A DNA stretch of 64,000 bases from Eubacteriales bacterium. GTDB lineage: Bacteria > Bacillota > Clostridia > Oscillospirales > CAG-382. This document shows, in pieces, positions 1 to 10,675 of the stretch. The translations under genes and the position numbers were made by a program. How positions within the stretch are numbered: the first letter of the stretch is position 1; every line of letters begins with the position of its first letter. The stretch spans positions 20,469-84,468 of the forward strand of contig JAZNMZ010000003.1 of NCBI GenBank assembly GCA_045580005.1, read 5' to 3'. The notes beneath the pieces are model-generated. The model did no database searches. It saw only the letters and a program-made list of their open reading frames with translations, and was not told the origin of the DNA.

Positions 1-28
1 CTTATTCATTAAGCTTTGTCCCCCTTTC

Positions 29-2953
29 TTACTGTTCTACAATGAAGCCGAGAGCTTCAATATCGGCTCCGCCGTAGTTGTAGGTTTCATTGTTGTAGTT
101 GAGAATAAATGTCTTCTCTGTATTTCCGTCAGAGTAAGTCACTTTTACTACCTTATCATCAACATACTCGTGCTCTGTGATAGCGCTGGTCATAACATCC
201 TTGAGTGCGCCATTGAGCTTTGTATATGTAGTAACAAGGTCATTTTTCCAGATACCGTACTTGATTGAGTAGTACTTACTGAACTGTTCAAACTTCTTGA
301 GTTCGGATGTGTTATCTACTGTGTCGTCTGTGTATGAAAGAATGAAGTAAGGCGAAGCACCGTTTTCAATACATTTGAGCACACTGTAGTCAAAGTCACC
401 GTCAAGATTAATCGCTGTCCCTGTGTATTCAACACAGCCGTGCAGGAGCATTCCGAGGAAAGGAACTGCCTCGCTCGCGTATACATTACGGCTACTGTCA
501 AGAGGCAGGTCTGTAATTACATCTGCATACGCGTATGTATATGCGTTACCGCCGCTGACAAGGAGCTTGCCGTTTTCCTCGCTCATCTGTGAAAGAAGCT
601 CAACGATTGTTTCCTTTGCTTCCTCACGGGTAAGCTCTGCGTCTTCGTTGTGGTCGGAGCTGAGATCCGAGCCTAGAGTAGCAGCAGAAAGTCCACCAAC
701 CTCATACTTTGAGTACTTCTTCATAACATCTTCGTAAAGATCGAGCATCTTTTCGGGAGAAACGATAAGAAGATCATCATTTTCAAAGCCCTGATAGAGA
801 GCGCTGTATACTCTGTGCGAAGCTGCCTTATTGTCGATTGTTCTGACAGCGTCGTCCTTATAGTTGAAGCCGTCGAAGCTTGCATCCTTGCTTACATAAG
901 TAAAGTCAAAGTCGGGATAGAGCGAAACGCCGTTGTCCTTGGCATACTGAACAAGGTCTTTAAGTCCGTCGCTGCCTCCGATTGATTTCTGTATCTTAAG
1001 CTTGGAGGGAACTGTATGTTCAAGGCCGCCGTTGTACCAACCTGTGAGTTTGAGATCGATGTTTGATACACCAAGAGATTTGAGCTCATCTATCATTGTC
1101 TTGCTCTGCTCAAAGGTTGTAAGAGGAGTGTTTTCCTTAACGGGAATTCCAAGAACTTTCTGAGTTGTCTTTACAGAGCCAAAGTTCTCGAGAAGGAGAG
1201 GAATATTTTCGTCCTGCTCGTCAATCGGTGTGAGTACACCGTTGTCTATAAAGTAGTTTCTGAGAGCGCCTGCCATACCTGTATAGTCTGCGTCCTCGCC
1301 CGAGAGCATAAAGATTCTGAATGTGTAGTTGCCTGTGTAGGCTCTGTTTGCCTCAACAGTCCACTTCGCACTGCCGTCTGTTGAAATACCGGCAAGCTCG
1401 TATGTATCAGAAAGCTCGGGAGTAACCGTAACATAGGTCGAATTGTACTTATGGCTGATACCGCCGTGAGAGGTGGAGATTGTAACCATAGCATCGCCCT
1501 CCTCCATATATGCAAGGAACGCGGTTGATACATCGTACTTTTCGCCAAGATTTACGATTACCGTATCTGTGGAGAATGTACCGTTCACTTCCTTTTCGGT
1601 TGTGATTGTTTCGGTACCTGTTACAACCTGGTACTGCGTATCACGCTTCACGCCAAAAGCAGGAATTCTCATCGTTTCCTTGTTCTGACCGCTTGTCGCG
1701 TGGTATGCATAGTCCTGACCGTAAACCTTTGCGGAAATAACCTTTGATGTGCCTTCGATATCGTCAAATCTTACGATTGTACCCGATCCGTCAGGGTAGA
1801 AGGTATATCCGTTTTCAAGAGTTTCTCCCGACTTTTCGTCAACAGTATAGCTACCTGCGCCGAGGAAAGGAAGAATCTTGAGTTCTGTAATAGTGTAAGT
1901 GTTTCTGTCGTAGCTGATGCTCTTTGCAGGAACTCTTATTTTGATACCGTTATCGTCGAGATAATACTCTAATGCCATCTTAAATACAGGGGGAGAAATT
2001 TCGTTGCCCTCGTATTCTACAAGCGCATGGTCTTCCTGAAGCATTTCGTAAGTATAGTCTGTATACTGCTTGATGATGCTTTCCATCTGATATGTTTCAC
2101 GGGTACCTGCTGCTGTATCGAAGATGTAGAATGCATACTTCTTTGCGATAGGATACTTGAGGATAAGGTTGTTGTACTGCTCCTGTGATGTTGCAGTGTC
2201 CTTATCCATGAGCTTGTAGTAAGCCTTTGCCCACTGGTAGTCCTTGTTAACGCCTGCCTCAGTCTTGCCGGGAGGAGCGTTTTCCATTGTAATCTTGGAA
2301 AGAATTTCTGTCTCGAATCTTTCCTTTTCGATACGCTTAGGAACAAGCACTCTTGCTTCCTGACGACCTACTGTATATTCTACGCGGACACCGCCTCTGA
2401 TACGCTTGATATTGATCTGTCCGTTCTTTGCAGCTTCGTTGAATGTAGAATAGCTCTGAGCTGTACCGCTCTTTGTATAGGTAAAAGTAAACTGAGAAAG
2501 AAGCTCGTTCTTTGTAGCTGTGTTTGCCTGTGTGGAGCCTATGTCATAGGGGTTTGTGAAAAGAATCTCACCTGTTGACTTGCGAACAAACGCCATAGCG
2601 CCTGTATGCTGGTCTGCAAACAGACCATAATCTCCCTTGTCATAGAGATATGTCATTGTTTTTGACATATACTCCTGAGGGCAGCTGTACTCTGCTGTGT
2701 AATAGGTTTCAAAGTCAAAAGCCTCATCTTCTGAAGCTTCTGTTGTTTCTTCAACCTCCTGGAAAAGAAGCTCTTCGCCGAGAGCGAATACGATCTCGCC
2801 TGTTTCCTTGTTGACATAAAGGTCTGCGCCCTGTGTCTTTGAGAAAAGTTCAAATCCTTCCGGAGCTGCAAGAGCTGTAAGATTGATAGTGCCGAAAGCA
2901 GTAGCTATCATGAGGATTGAAAGAACACTCGATATTAAATTTTTAATCTTCAT
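29..2953 (-). CDS. Large exported protein of unknown function (I recall this as the uncharacterised DUF5696 family); C-terminal half may be a glycoside-hydrolase-type barrel
   Basis: Uninterrupted 974-codon frame. ATG at 2953 has GAGGTG about 7 nt upstream (track start 2971 is TTG). N-terminal hydrophobic signal/anchor MKIKNLISSVLSILMIATAFG..ALAAP. Last gene of a co-directional 5-gene block. Confidence 0.7.
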   Translation of the reverse strand: MKIKNLISSVLSILMIATAFGTINLTALAAPEGFELFSKTQGADLYVNKETGEIVFALGEELLFQEVEETTEASEDEAFDFETYYTAEYSCPQEYMSKTMTYLYDKGDYGLFADQHTGAMAFVRKSTGEILFTNPYDIGSTQANTATKNELLSQFTFTYTKSGTAQSYSTFNEAAKNGQINIKRIRGGVRVEYTVGRQEARVLVPKRIEKERFETEILSKITMENAPPGKTEAGVNKDYQWAKAYYKLMDKDTATSQEQYNNLILKYPIAKKYAFYIFDTAAGTRETYQMESIIKQYTDYTYEMLQEDHALVEYEGNEISPPVFKMALEYYLDDNGIKIRVPAKSISYDRNTYTITELKILPFLGAGSYTVDEKSGETLENGYTFYPDGSGTIVRFDDIEGTSKVISAKVYGQDYAYHATSGQNKETMRIPAFGVKRDTQYQVVTGTETITTEKEVNGTFSTDTVIVNLGEKYDVSTAFLAYMEEGDAMVTISTSHGGISHKYNSTYVTVTPELSDTYELAGISTDGSAKWTVEANRAYTGNYTFRIFMLSGEDADYTGMAGALRNYFIDNGVLTPIDEQDENIPLLLENFGSVKTTQKVLGIPVKENTPLTTFEQSKTMIDELKSLGVSNIDLKLTGWYNGGLEHTVPSKLKIQKSIGGSDGLKDLVQYAKDNGVSLYPDFDFTYVSKDASFDGFNYKDDAVRTIDNKAASHRVYSALYQGFENDDLLIVSPEKMLDLYEDVMKKYSKYEVGGLSAATLGSDLSSDHNEDAELTREEAKETIVELLSQMSEENGKLLVSGGNAYTYAYADVITDLPLDSSRNVYASEAVPFLGMLLHGCVEYTGTAINLDGDFDYSVLKCIENGASPYFILSYTDDTVDNTSELKKFEQFSKYYSIKYGIWKNDLVTTYTKLNGALKDVMTSAITEHEYVDDKVVKVTYSDGNTEKTFILNYNNETYNYGGADIEALGFIVEQ

Positions 2954-2974
2954 AATTAACACCTCTTTCAACCG

Positions 2975-5182
2975 TCAGACTCTATACGATAGCTCAAGAG
3001 CTATATTGTAAATGAAAGATACAATCTTTCCTACAAGACTCGAGAAGAGTACTGCAACGAACATAATAAACGCCATACCAACTATAGAACCGATAGTAGT
3101 AAGAACATTCTTGCCGAGCGAATAGTCGTGGATTGTCATCATACCAAAGAAGATAAGGAATCCAACCCAGAAATAAGCTATGCCCATGCAAAGATTGATA
3201 ATAGATACTTCATCAGCTGTTACAAAGTTGGAGAAGAATGTGGTGAGCACAACAAACGCAGGAAGCGGGAAGAGAGCATAACAGGTTGAAATATAAATAT
3301 CGGATATGCTTCCCTCGCCGTCAAAGAGTGTTGTAAGACACCAGTTAGCGATAATCCACAGTCCTACAGGAAGTAAAATCGAGAGAGCTGTGAGAATGAA
3401 GTTTGAGCCCTCCTGTGCAGGATCAACGATATATCCCTGACCCATCGACTGATAGATAAAGGCAACGATGTTGATGCCGAGTATAAGGCTTGCTCCTTTC
3501 ACCGAAGCACGCTTTTCGTGCTTGATATCCCAGAAGCCGTCAAACGGATGGAACATTACATAAAATCCGTAGAGGAACTCTCTCCAGAGTGTTCTCTTAA
3601 CTGTTGAGGACTGGCCCTCAACATTCTTCTTTGCGGCATACTTCATAAATCTTGATACAAGCATGCAAACAACTATAAGAACTATAGGAATAAGGATAAT
3701 TCCCTGTGAAATTGCTTCCTTGCGGAGCTCGTGATATGCGTCAGAGTAGTTTGTTACATCGTACGCATACTTGTACATATCCATAGCTTCTTGGAATCTG
3801 CCCTCGCGGTAATACGATTTACCGATACCAACATAGGACATATCGAAGTTGGAGTTACGCTGAAGAATGTTTCTCCAGTCTTCGGCAGCCTTATCGTAGA
3901 GTCTGTTTCTCTGATTTCTGATTGCCTCGGCAAGCAGATCACCGTAGGAAGTACGGTTGTAGATTGTGATGTTCTTATTTGTCTTGTCAAGAACAAGAAT
4001 ATCGTCACCATAATAGTCTATAGCTGTGATAGTCTGAATGTTTCCGAGCTGGTCGCCCTGGTCTCCGAAGATGTGGAGAAGTCTTCCCTCTTCGTCGTAG
4101 GTGTAAATTTTCTGTCTCTTTTCGTCGATGATAGACCATACACCGTCGGGTCCGAGAGCAACATCGACAATCTTGGAGGGTCCTGTGATTGTTGTGTTGG
4201 CTGTAGGAGCCGAATTTACATTAACTTCACCTGCTGGAGGATAGAAGCCTGTACGCATCATAACATCAGTACCGGCAGAATTCAGCTTCTTTACAGGAGC
4301 ATATTCACCGCTCTTTGACTTTGTGAGAATTGCATTGAGCTGCGAGTTCTCGTCAATAGAAGATGTTGTCGCGTAAACAAAGCCCTCTTTATCAATGTTG
4401 ATGTTGTTATACTCTGTCGATACATTCTTTGTATCCTTGGCTTTCTGCTCGGCTGTCTGGAAGTTTCTCCAGATCATTTCCCAGATTGAAAGCTCGCTTG
4501 TCTGAGCTCCGAGAAAAGCAGAGAACTCGCCCCTGTCGTTCATCGCGATAATACCCTGATAGGATGTTGAGGATACAACATAAATTTTTCCGGATGTGCT
4601 TGCAGCAACTGCTACCGGCTTATAAACCGTACCTTCGGCAAACACATCGCCCTCAGGCTCGCCGAGAGTCTTTTCAAAGTCAAAGCTGTAATCATACTTT
4701 CCGTCCTCGCCGAGTGTGCGGGATACATCAAATACGAGAATTCTGTTACCCGATGTGTCACAGACATACAGCTTGTTGCCTGCCATCGAAAGTCCGTGAG
4801 GATCCGAGATAGTGTCGGGTACACCCCACTCGTTGTTAAAGTTCTTGATAACACCCACAACTTCAAACTGACCGTTTGTAATAACTACTCTCTTGTTGGC
4901 GCCTCCGTCGGAAATACAAATAAGTGTTTCGAGAGCTTTTCCGTTTTCATCTACATAGTCTGCAACGATGAAATCCTCGGGTGAAGCAAAGGGCGTTGCA
5001 AGCTTGAGTCTTGCAGAGTCAATAACGCTGTCGGGGACATATGCGTGAGGCGACTCCATATAGGTACCGTCAATGTCATAGGTGTATGTAGAATAAGGTG
5101 TGATCGCTGCCGCAGGAACAATAGAAGCTGCAAGCATAATCACAACTGCCGCAAGGGCTAATATTCTTTTAAAAATTTTCAT
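2975..5182 (-). CDS. Exported NHL-repeat beta-propeller plus TPR-like segment fused to a C-terminal Yip1-type multi-pass membrane domain
   Basis: AGGAGG RBS. Signal peptide MKIFKRILALAAVVIMLAASIVPAAA. Repeated NHL-like strands (GNKLYVCDTSGNRILVFD, GKIYVVSS, QKIYTYDEEGRLLHIFG, DDILVLDKTNKNITIYN). The last ~230 aa hold about five hydrophobic helices. Confidence 0.7.
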   Translation of the reverse strand: MKIFKRILALAAVVIMLAASIVPAAAITPYSTYTYDIDGTYMESPHAYVPDSVIDSARLKLATPFASPEDFIVADYVDENGKALETLICISDGGANKRVVITNGQFEVVGVIKNFNNEWGVPDTISDPHGLSMAGNKLYVCDTSGNRILVFDVSRTLGEDGKYDYSFDFEKTLGEPEGDVFAEGTVYKPVAVAASTSGKIYVVSSTSYQGIIAMNDRGEFSAFLGAQTSELSIWEMIWRNFQTAEQKAKDTKNVSTEYNNINIDKEGFVYATTSSIDENSQLNAILTKSKSGEYAPVKKLNSAGTDVMMRTGFYPPAGEVNVNSAPTANTTITGPSKIVDVALGPDGVWSIIDEKRQKIYTYDEEGRLLHIFGDQGDQLGNIQTITAIDYYGDDILVLDKTNKNITIYNRTSYGDLLAEAIRNQRNRLYDKAAEDWRNILQRNSNFDMSYVGIGKSYYREGRFQEAMDMYKYAYDVTNYSDAYHELRKEAISQGIILIPIVLIVVCMLVSRFMKYAAKKNVEGQSSTVKRTLWREFLYGFYVMFHPFDGFWDIKHEKRASVKGASLILGINIVAFIYQSMGQGYIVDPAQEGSNFILTALSILLPVGLWIIANWCLTTLFDGEGSISDIYISTCYALFPLPAFVVLTTFFSNFVTADEVSIINLCMGIAYFWVGFLIFFGMMTIHDYSLGKNVLTTIGSIVGMAFIMFVAVLFSSLVGKIVSFIYNIALELSYRV

Positions 5183-5195
5183 TATTAACCCTCCT

Positions 5196-6074
5196 TTAGT
5201 CTTTCATACCTGCGCTCGCCATTGTTTCGATAATGTTACTCTGAGAAATAACGAATACCGCAATAGGAACGAGCATCATAATAACCGTAGCTGCTGCCGA
5301 TGCACCCGAACGGACAATACCGCCGGCAAGAATCTGCTGGATAGCGTAGTTAAATGTCTTGAGCTCTTCACTGTAAATGTAAATTGAAGTTCCGCTGTTC
5401 CAGAGTCCCTGGAATGAATAAACAATAAGTGTGAGCCATGCAGGCTTAACCATCGGCATTACTATCTTCCAGTAGATTGTGACTTCCTTTGCACCATCAA
5501 GACGGGCAGACTCGAGTACTGCCTCGGGAACCGATGAGTCCATAAACTGACGCATGAGGTAAAGTCCGAGTGTGGAGCCGAACGCGGGGATGATAAGTGC
5601 CCAGTATGTATCAATCCAGCCGAGAGCTGACATTGTGATATAGTTTGCTACACCTGTTACTGTTGAGTTGAACATAAGTGAAAGGTGTATCATCTGGAAC
5701 ATACCGTGGCGTCCGGGGAACTTAATCTTTGTAAGCGCGTAAGCTGCCATTGATGCAATGAACAGGTGACCAAAAGTACCTGCAACAGCAACAAACGCTG
5801 TGTTGAATATGTATCTTGAGAAAGGAACCCATGATGTGCTCATAAGTCTGAAGAGGTCCGAGAAGTTCTTCATGGTAGGGTTACGAACAAAGAATCTCGG
5901 AGGGAACATCCACAGCTCGTCAAGAGGCTTGAGAGCCTGACAGAACGCATATACCATGGGGAGGAACATAAATGCTCCGAAAATAAGCAACAGAATGTTT
6001 ATACCAACATCGCCGCCGAAGGAACGGTTAAGATGGTGAGATTTTAACTTGAATTTGAACTTTTTCTTTTCCAT
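5196..6074 (-). CDS. Carbohydrate ABC transporter permease (MalG/CUT1-type)
   Basis: 292 aa, multi-TM. EAA-type loop ESARLDGAKEVTIYWKIVMP. Adjacent to a second permease gene. Confidence 0.9.
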   Translation of the reverse strand: MEKKKFKFKLKSHHLNRSFGGDVGINILLLIFGAFMFLPMVYAFCQALKPLDELWMFPPRFFVRNPTMKNFSDLFRLMSTSWVPFSRYIFNTAFVAVAGTFGHLFIASMAAYALTKIKFPGRHGMFQMIHLSLMFNSTVTGVANYITMSALGWIDTYWALIIPAFGSTLGLYLMRQFMDSSVPEAVLESARLDGAKEVTIYWKIVMPMVKPAWLTLIVYSFQGLWNSGTSIYIYSEELKTFNYAIQQILAGGIVRSGASAAATVIMMLVPIAVFVISQSNIIETMASAGMKD

Positions 6075-6075
6075 C

Positions 6076-7032
6076 TTACTTACCTACCTTTGCCAGCATT
6101 TTATTTACGAGCAGGTTACTACCTATCATTATAATAAAGAGTACGGTAGCGATCGCCGAGGAGTATCCGACTTCCCAGCGCTGTCCGCCGTAGTCCTCAA
6201 GGTGGTGCATGATTGTCCATGCACAGTAGTTGGGTGAGGGGAATCCGCACAGTGCGGTAACAACACCGCCAAAGCCGAACGAACCTGTAATTGACATAAT
6301 AGCTGCGAACATCATCTGATTTTTCATAGCCGGAAGTGTTACAAACCAAAGCTCCTGCCATCTGTTTCTGATGCCGTCAACCGCAGCGGCCTCATAAAGG
6401 CTTCTGTCAACAACCTGAAAACCGGCGATAAACGAAAGGAAAGAGGTACCGAGCGAGGTCCACAAAGCAACAATTATAACGAGTGTCATAATGTAGTCTG
6501 TGTCCTGGAACCACAGAATCGGTGAGTTGATGATACCTAAATCCATGAGCATACCGTTTACATAACCGTATGAGTCGGATGAGAAGAGCACCTGCCAGAT
6601 AAGATATACCTGACCGGAAATTGAGGGTGCATAGAATATAAGAGTTACAACAGAACGGATCTTGGGTGTAAGCTCATTGATAAACCATGCAAAAAGAAGA
6701 CACAACAGATACGATACAGGACCTGTCATTACCGCAAAAACAAGTGTGTTCTTAATAGCAATGAGGAATATATCGTCATCTAAGAATAGTCTTACATAGT
6801 TGTCCATAAAAAGGAACTTGGGCCACTCAAGCATGTTGAATGATGTAAAGCTCAAAACGAGCGACAGAATAACCGGTGCAACGGTAAATGTGAGGAATAT
6901 GAGGAAGTACGGCGCTACCATAATATAGCCGACCTTGTTGAGCTTCATTTCCCTCAGAGTCCACTGCCATTTGGTCATGTCTTTTCTCAGCTTGGGGGCA
7001 GCCTGTTTTGTTTCTACTGCCTTTTCAGACAT
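6076..7032 (-). CDS. Sugar ABC transporter permease (MalF/LplB-type)
   Basis: Multi-TM. EAA loop YEAAAVDGIRNRWQELWFVTLP. ATG at 7032 lies 9 nt from AAGGAG (track start 7041 is a GTG abutting the RBS). Confidence 0.9.
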   Translation of the reverse strand: MSEKAVETKQAAPKLRKDMTKWQWTLREMKLNKVGYIMVAPYFLIFLTFTVAPVILSLVLSFTSFNMLEWPKFLFMDNYVRLFLDDDIFLIAIKNTLVFAVMTGPVSYLLCLLFAWFINELTPKIRSVVTLIFYAPSISGQVYLIWQVLFSSDSYGYVNGMLMDLGIINSPILWFQDTDYIMTLVIIVALWTSLGTSFLSFIAGFQVVDRSLYEAAAVDGIRNRWQELWFVTLPAMKNQMMFAAIMSITGSFGFGGVVTALCGFPSPNYCAWTIMHHLEDYGGQRWEVGYSSAIATVLFIIMIGSNLLVNKMLAKVGK

Positions 7033-7156
7033 TGATTTCACTCCTTAAACATTTAATCTTGGAAATACGCGCATAGCGCGAATGGTTTTTGAGAAGACGG
7101 ATAAACCGTTTTATACTCCTGCATTACTGCAGGGGTGCTGCAGTAATGCATATTTT

Positions 7157-10100
7157 TTATTTTTCGATTTTTCCTTCTTCAAGCAGCTGCTCGTATGTCG
7201 GGAAATCGTACTCAGCTCTCTTTCTTGTGAGCTCCTTGTTGATTTCGTCTATGTAGTAGTACATAGCTTCCGAGGTTGACTGGCCATCGTCAACTACATC
7301 GAGGAATGCAAAGTTTGTATATCTTGCAAGAATGTAGTTGCCGGGAGTCATAGGCGTACCTGTGAGTGAATTGAACTGCTGTTCAAGGTTCTTGAGCTCC
7401 TGTGAAGACCAGGGCTGTGCAAGAAGAGCCTTTACATTCGCTGTATGGTACTTAGCCGCTGTACCCAGAATAGCAACCTGTTCCTTACCGAAACGGGACT
7501 GTGCTTCTTCTCCTACCCACCACTTGATGTACTTCCAAGCGTTTTCGGGCTTGTCGGAGTCGTTCATAATCATTATAGCATTAACCGATGTAGGTGATGT
7601 GTGGTTAATCTTGCCGGGCTCATCCTCAGAGGGTGTACCAGGAAGTCTTACAAATTCCCAAAGGCCCTTGATTTCGGGAGCAAAGCAGGAAAGCTGATTG
7701 TAAAGTGTGTAGTCAGCAATACCGATAGGCATTTCACCTGTTCTGAAACGGTTGGCGAAGTCGTACGAAACTGGCTGACCGTGGAGCGAGAAGTACTCGC
7801 ACATCTTCTTGAAGCAGTCAAGAGCCACATTTGAGTCAAGGTTTGTCTTGTAGCCTACTGTTTCATAAGATTCGTCGCCGAGATAGTACGGCTCGTTTCT
7901 CTGATACATGAATATCTGTGTGAGCGCCTGGCTCAGACCCATTTCCATGTTGCTGTCGGCAAGAGTTTCGATGATATGCTGAACATCATCCCATGTTTCG
8001 GGCACTTCAAGTCCGAGTTCTACAAAGATATCCTTGCGATAGAAGAGCATAGAGAAGTTCTGTGTTACGGGGACGCCGTATACAGCAACCCTGTTGTTCT
8101 CATCGCCGTCAGGATTGTATACTGTAAGGCCGGTCCATGCAGAGGGTGAGAACCAGGTTTCAACCTCGTCAAAGCCTTCGAATACATATTCGCCGTTTTC
8201 GTCCTTTTCGGCAAGGTTTCTTACCGCAGAACGAACTCCGTAGCCTGTCGCATCAAGGTCTGTCGCAACATCAGGACCGATGCCCGCAAGAGTTGCGGGA
8301 AGAAGTGTGCCTGCTGCTACAAGCTTATAGTTTACGGCAATTCCTTCTTCTTTTACAAAATCGTCTACCATTTCTCTCATAATCTGAGCCTGGTCACGAC
8401 CGTCTGTGATCCATACTTCAACGCTGTTTTCGTCCTTTTCGTCTGCAACCTCCATAGCTCCGTATGAGTTATAGTCTGTGAAGAACGACATTACAAACGA
8501 GCCGATTTCGTGTCCGATAGAGTCGAAGAAGCCTGCTTCTGCCTTGGGAAGCTTTGTTCCTACGCCCTGTACCGAAATAAAATCAACAGCCAAAGGCTGG
8601 TTTCTGGAAGAAAGGAGCCATGTACCGAGTGAACCGATATATGACTTTAATATATCAAGGTTATCAGCGATTTTATTCTGGTTGTTACCCATTGTTTCGA
8701 GTGTGTAAGCAACCTTTTCGAGAAGAACTGAGTGCTCGCCCTTCTCACCAATGATTTCCTGAAGCTCTGCAAGAACCGCTGTGAGATTTTCTGCCTCAAC
8801 TCTCATACCGCGGAGAACTTCGGGGATAAGTCTTGCAAAGTCGTAGTCAAGGTAAGTACTGGGCTCGGGACCTGTAATCATGAGTATCTTTCTGTAATAC
8901 TCGTTCATTCTTACAAGGCTTTCGTCAACCTCGCGGAGCTTGTCAGAGAGCTTACCGAGAACAACCTCAAAGGACAGTGTATATGTCTTGCCCTCTTCGA
9001 AGTAGAACTGGAAGCCGTCGCCGTACTGCTCGCTCTTATCCGAGATGGGCTCTGTTGTCCAGTCATCAGAATAGTTGAACTGTAAAAATTTTGCTTCTTC
9101 AAAGGGATATTCGCCGTTAATCTTGAGCGATCTTGATGCGAACATACCCGCATATAGCGACTGTCTTGCACGGGGAACTATGTAGTAAAGACCTGTCTCG
9201 GGGCAAGTGAATTCGTATTCAACCCACTGTCCTGCAATCTGCCACTTGTCGCCGCCGATTGTATTAACAAGAGTCTTGTCAACAGACTGGGGGCTTGTAG
9301 CCGCAGAAGACTTGTCGTTTATAGGATAAATAACCTGTTCGGATGTTGCTACAGGCATTTCAGCTTCAATATAGCTGTACTTGTCGGGAACATATGTGGC
9401 AGGCTTATATCCGTTCTTTTCATATTCTGCAAGAACCTCAGCGTATGTAGGAAGTTTTTCCTCTGTGAAGATCTCAAGCTCGCTTATGATCAAGGACTCG
9501 CGGGAAGAGTCAAGCGTAATTACATGAGTACCCTCCTCAAGGAAGAACTGGAAGCTGTCGCTGTAGAAAGCGTTTGAGTCTGCAAGGGTTTCCTTGCGCC
9601 ACTCGGGATCCTCGTACTTTTTGGAACGGATTTCGTTGCTATGTACATCCTTCTTGAAAATTCTTCCGAATTCGTCTGCAGCAATCTCTGTGCCGTCACC
9701 GTTGACGCCTGTCGGAGTTTCGTCCTTCCAGATACGGGAGAAGGTAAGAGTTCTTGCTTCCTTGAAAGGAACCTCGCCGTCAATCTTGATGATTCTTTCA
9801 ATGGCAGCAGTGGAGCTTGCGGCATAATTCATACCCTCATAGGCATTAGCATCGCCGTCAACTGCGAGAGGTGCTGCAACAATTTCTCCGTTGTTGTCAT
9901 AGTAGACGCTTACAAAAGGGAAATAGGTAAGAGCCATATTGTAATAGCCGCTCTTGGGAACTTCGATTACCCAGCCTACTTCGCTTTCGTCTGTTGTGAG
10001 AACATAAGATCTTGTGTCACCCAAAAGACCGCTGGGGTCCTTTGCGGCGAGAACGCCGTTTGTGTCGTTGAGAACAACGATGCTTTCAAGATCAGTAACT

Positions 10101-10381
10101 TCGGGGTCAAAATCTGTTGCCTTTACCACAATAGGCTCTGCGTCTGCAGGCTCGGCACCGAGATTTTCATTTCTCTCGAGGTACTCGCCGTAGGTGGTAG
10201 AGGTCAAGAGTTCTTCCATTTCATCGAGTGAATTGTATGTAGCGTCGTAAGTACCGGTAGAATTCAGACTCACGCTTACAAGTTCTTTTGCGTATACCGC
10301 GGAAAGCGGCAGAGCCTGAAGAAGCATTACGGCAAAAAGTACCATACAAAGACACTTTCTGAGGTTTGCTTTTGTTTTCAT
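7157..10381 (-). CDS. Giant (1074 aa) extracellular solute-binding protein with N-terminal CBM-like beta-sandwich modules
   Basis: ATG at 10381 has AGGAGGA upstream. Signal peptide MKTKANLRKCLCMVLFAVMLLQALPLSAVYA. The N-terminal ~600 aa carry two segments resembling carbohydrate-binding modules (GWVIEVPKSGYYNMALTYFP; WVEYEFTCPETGLYYIVPRA). The C-terminal ~450 aa resemble family-1 sugar-binding proteins. Confidence 0.8.
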   Translation of the reverse strand: MKTKANLRKCLCMVLFAVMLLQALPLSAVYAKELVSVSLNSTGTYDATYNSLDEMEELLTSTTYGEYLERNENLGAEPADAEPIVVKATDFDPEVTDLESIVVLNDTNGVLAAKDPSGLLGDTRSYVLTTDESEVGWVIEVPKSGYYNMALTYFPFVSVYYDNNGEIVAAPLAVDGDANAYEGMNYAASSTAAIERIIKIDGEVPFKEARTLTFSRIWKDETPTGVNGDGTEIAADEFGRIFKKDVHSNEIRSKKYEDPEWRKETLADSNAFYSDSFQFFLEEGTHVITLDSSRESLIISELEIFTEEKLPTYAEVLAEYEKNGYKPATYVPDKYSYIEAEMPVATSEQVIYPINDKSSAATSPQSVDKTLVNTIGGDKWQIAGQWVEYEFTCPETGLYYIVPRARQSLYAGMFASRSLKINGEYPFEEAKFLQFNYSDDWTTEPISDKSEQYGDGFQFYFEEGKTYTLSFEVVLGKLSDKLREVDESLVRMNEYYRKILMITGPEPSTYLDYDFARLIPEVLRGMRVEAENLTAVLAELQEIIGEKGEHSVLLEKVAYTLETMGNNQNKIADNLDILKSYIGSLGTWLLSSRNQPLAVDFISVQGVGTKLPKAEAGFFDSIGHEIGSFVMSFFTDYNSYGAMEVADEKDENSVEVWITDGRDQAQIMREMVDDFVKEEGIAVNYKLVAAGTLLPATLAGIGPDVATDLDATGYGVRSAVRNLAEKDENGEYVFEGFDEVETWFSPSAWTGLTVYNPDGDENNRVAVYGVPVTQNFSMLFYRKDIFVELGLEVPETWDDVQHIIETLADSNMEMGLSQALTQIFMYQRNEPYYLGDESYETVGYKTNLDSNVALDCFKKMCEYFSLHGQPVSYDFANRFRTGEMPIGIADYTLYNQLSCFAPEIKGLWEFVRLPGTPSEDEPGKINHTSPTSVNAIMIMNDSDKPENAWKYIKWWVGEEAQSRFGKEQVAILGTAAKYHTANVKALLAQPWSSQELKNLEQQFNSLTGTPMTPGNYILARYTNFAFLDVVDDGQSTSEAMYYYIDEINKELTRKRAEYDFPTYEQLLEEGKIEK

Positions 10382-10675
10382 TCGCTGATTTCCTCCTAAT
10401 TGTTTTTGCTGTTTTGGCAAGGATAGAGTCGCCTTGCTAAAATTTATTTAATGATTTGCGGTCTGATGAGTAGCTAACGCCGGTAAAACACGGCAAAAGC
10501 GAAAAAATCCCGATTATGCCGCCGCGGCGCACGCCTCACAGTCCGAAAAACAATAAACCGGCTTTCGTGCGTCACAAAAACTCCTTGTCGCTGTACTTTC
10601 TCGCATGACGGTACGAAAAAGTCACAGGGGCAGGGTGGTAAAAATGAGCGCAATTATGCCTTATAGATATATAAT

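Noticed and set aside
10463-10504. Hammerhead-ribozyme-like core words CTGATGAG ... CGAAA on the plus strand.
   Set aside because: The sequence between them cannot form stem II: after the G-C and U-G pairs come A-A and G-A mismatches. No stem III or NUH cleavage triplet complements the flanks. I consider it a coincidental match.
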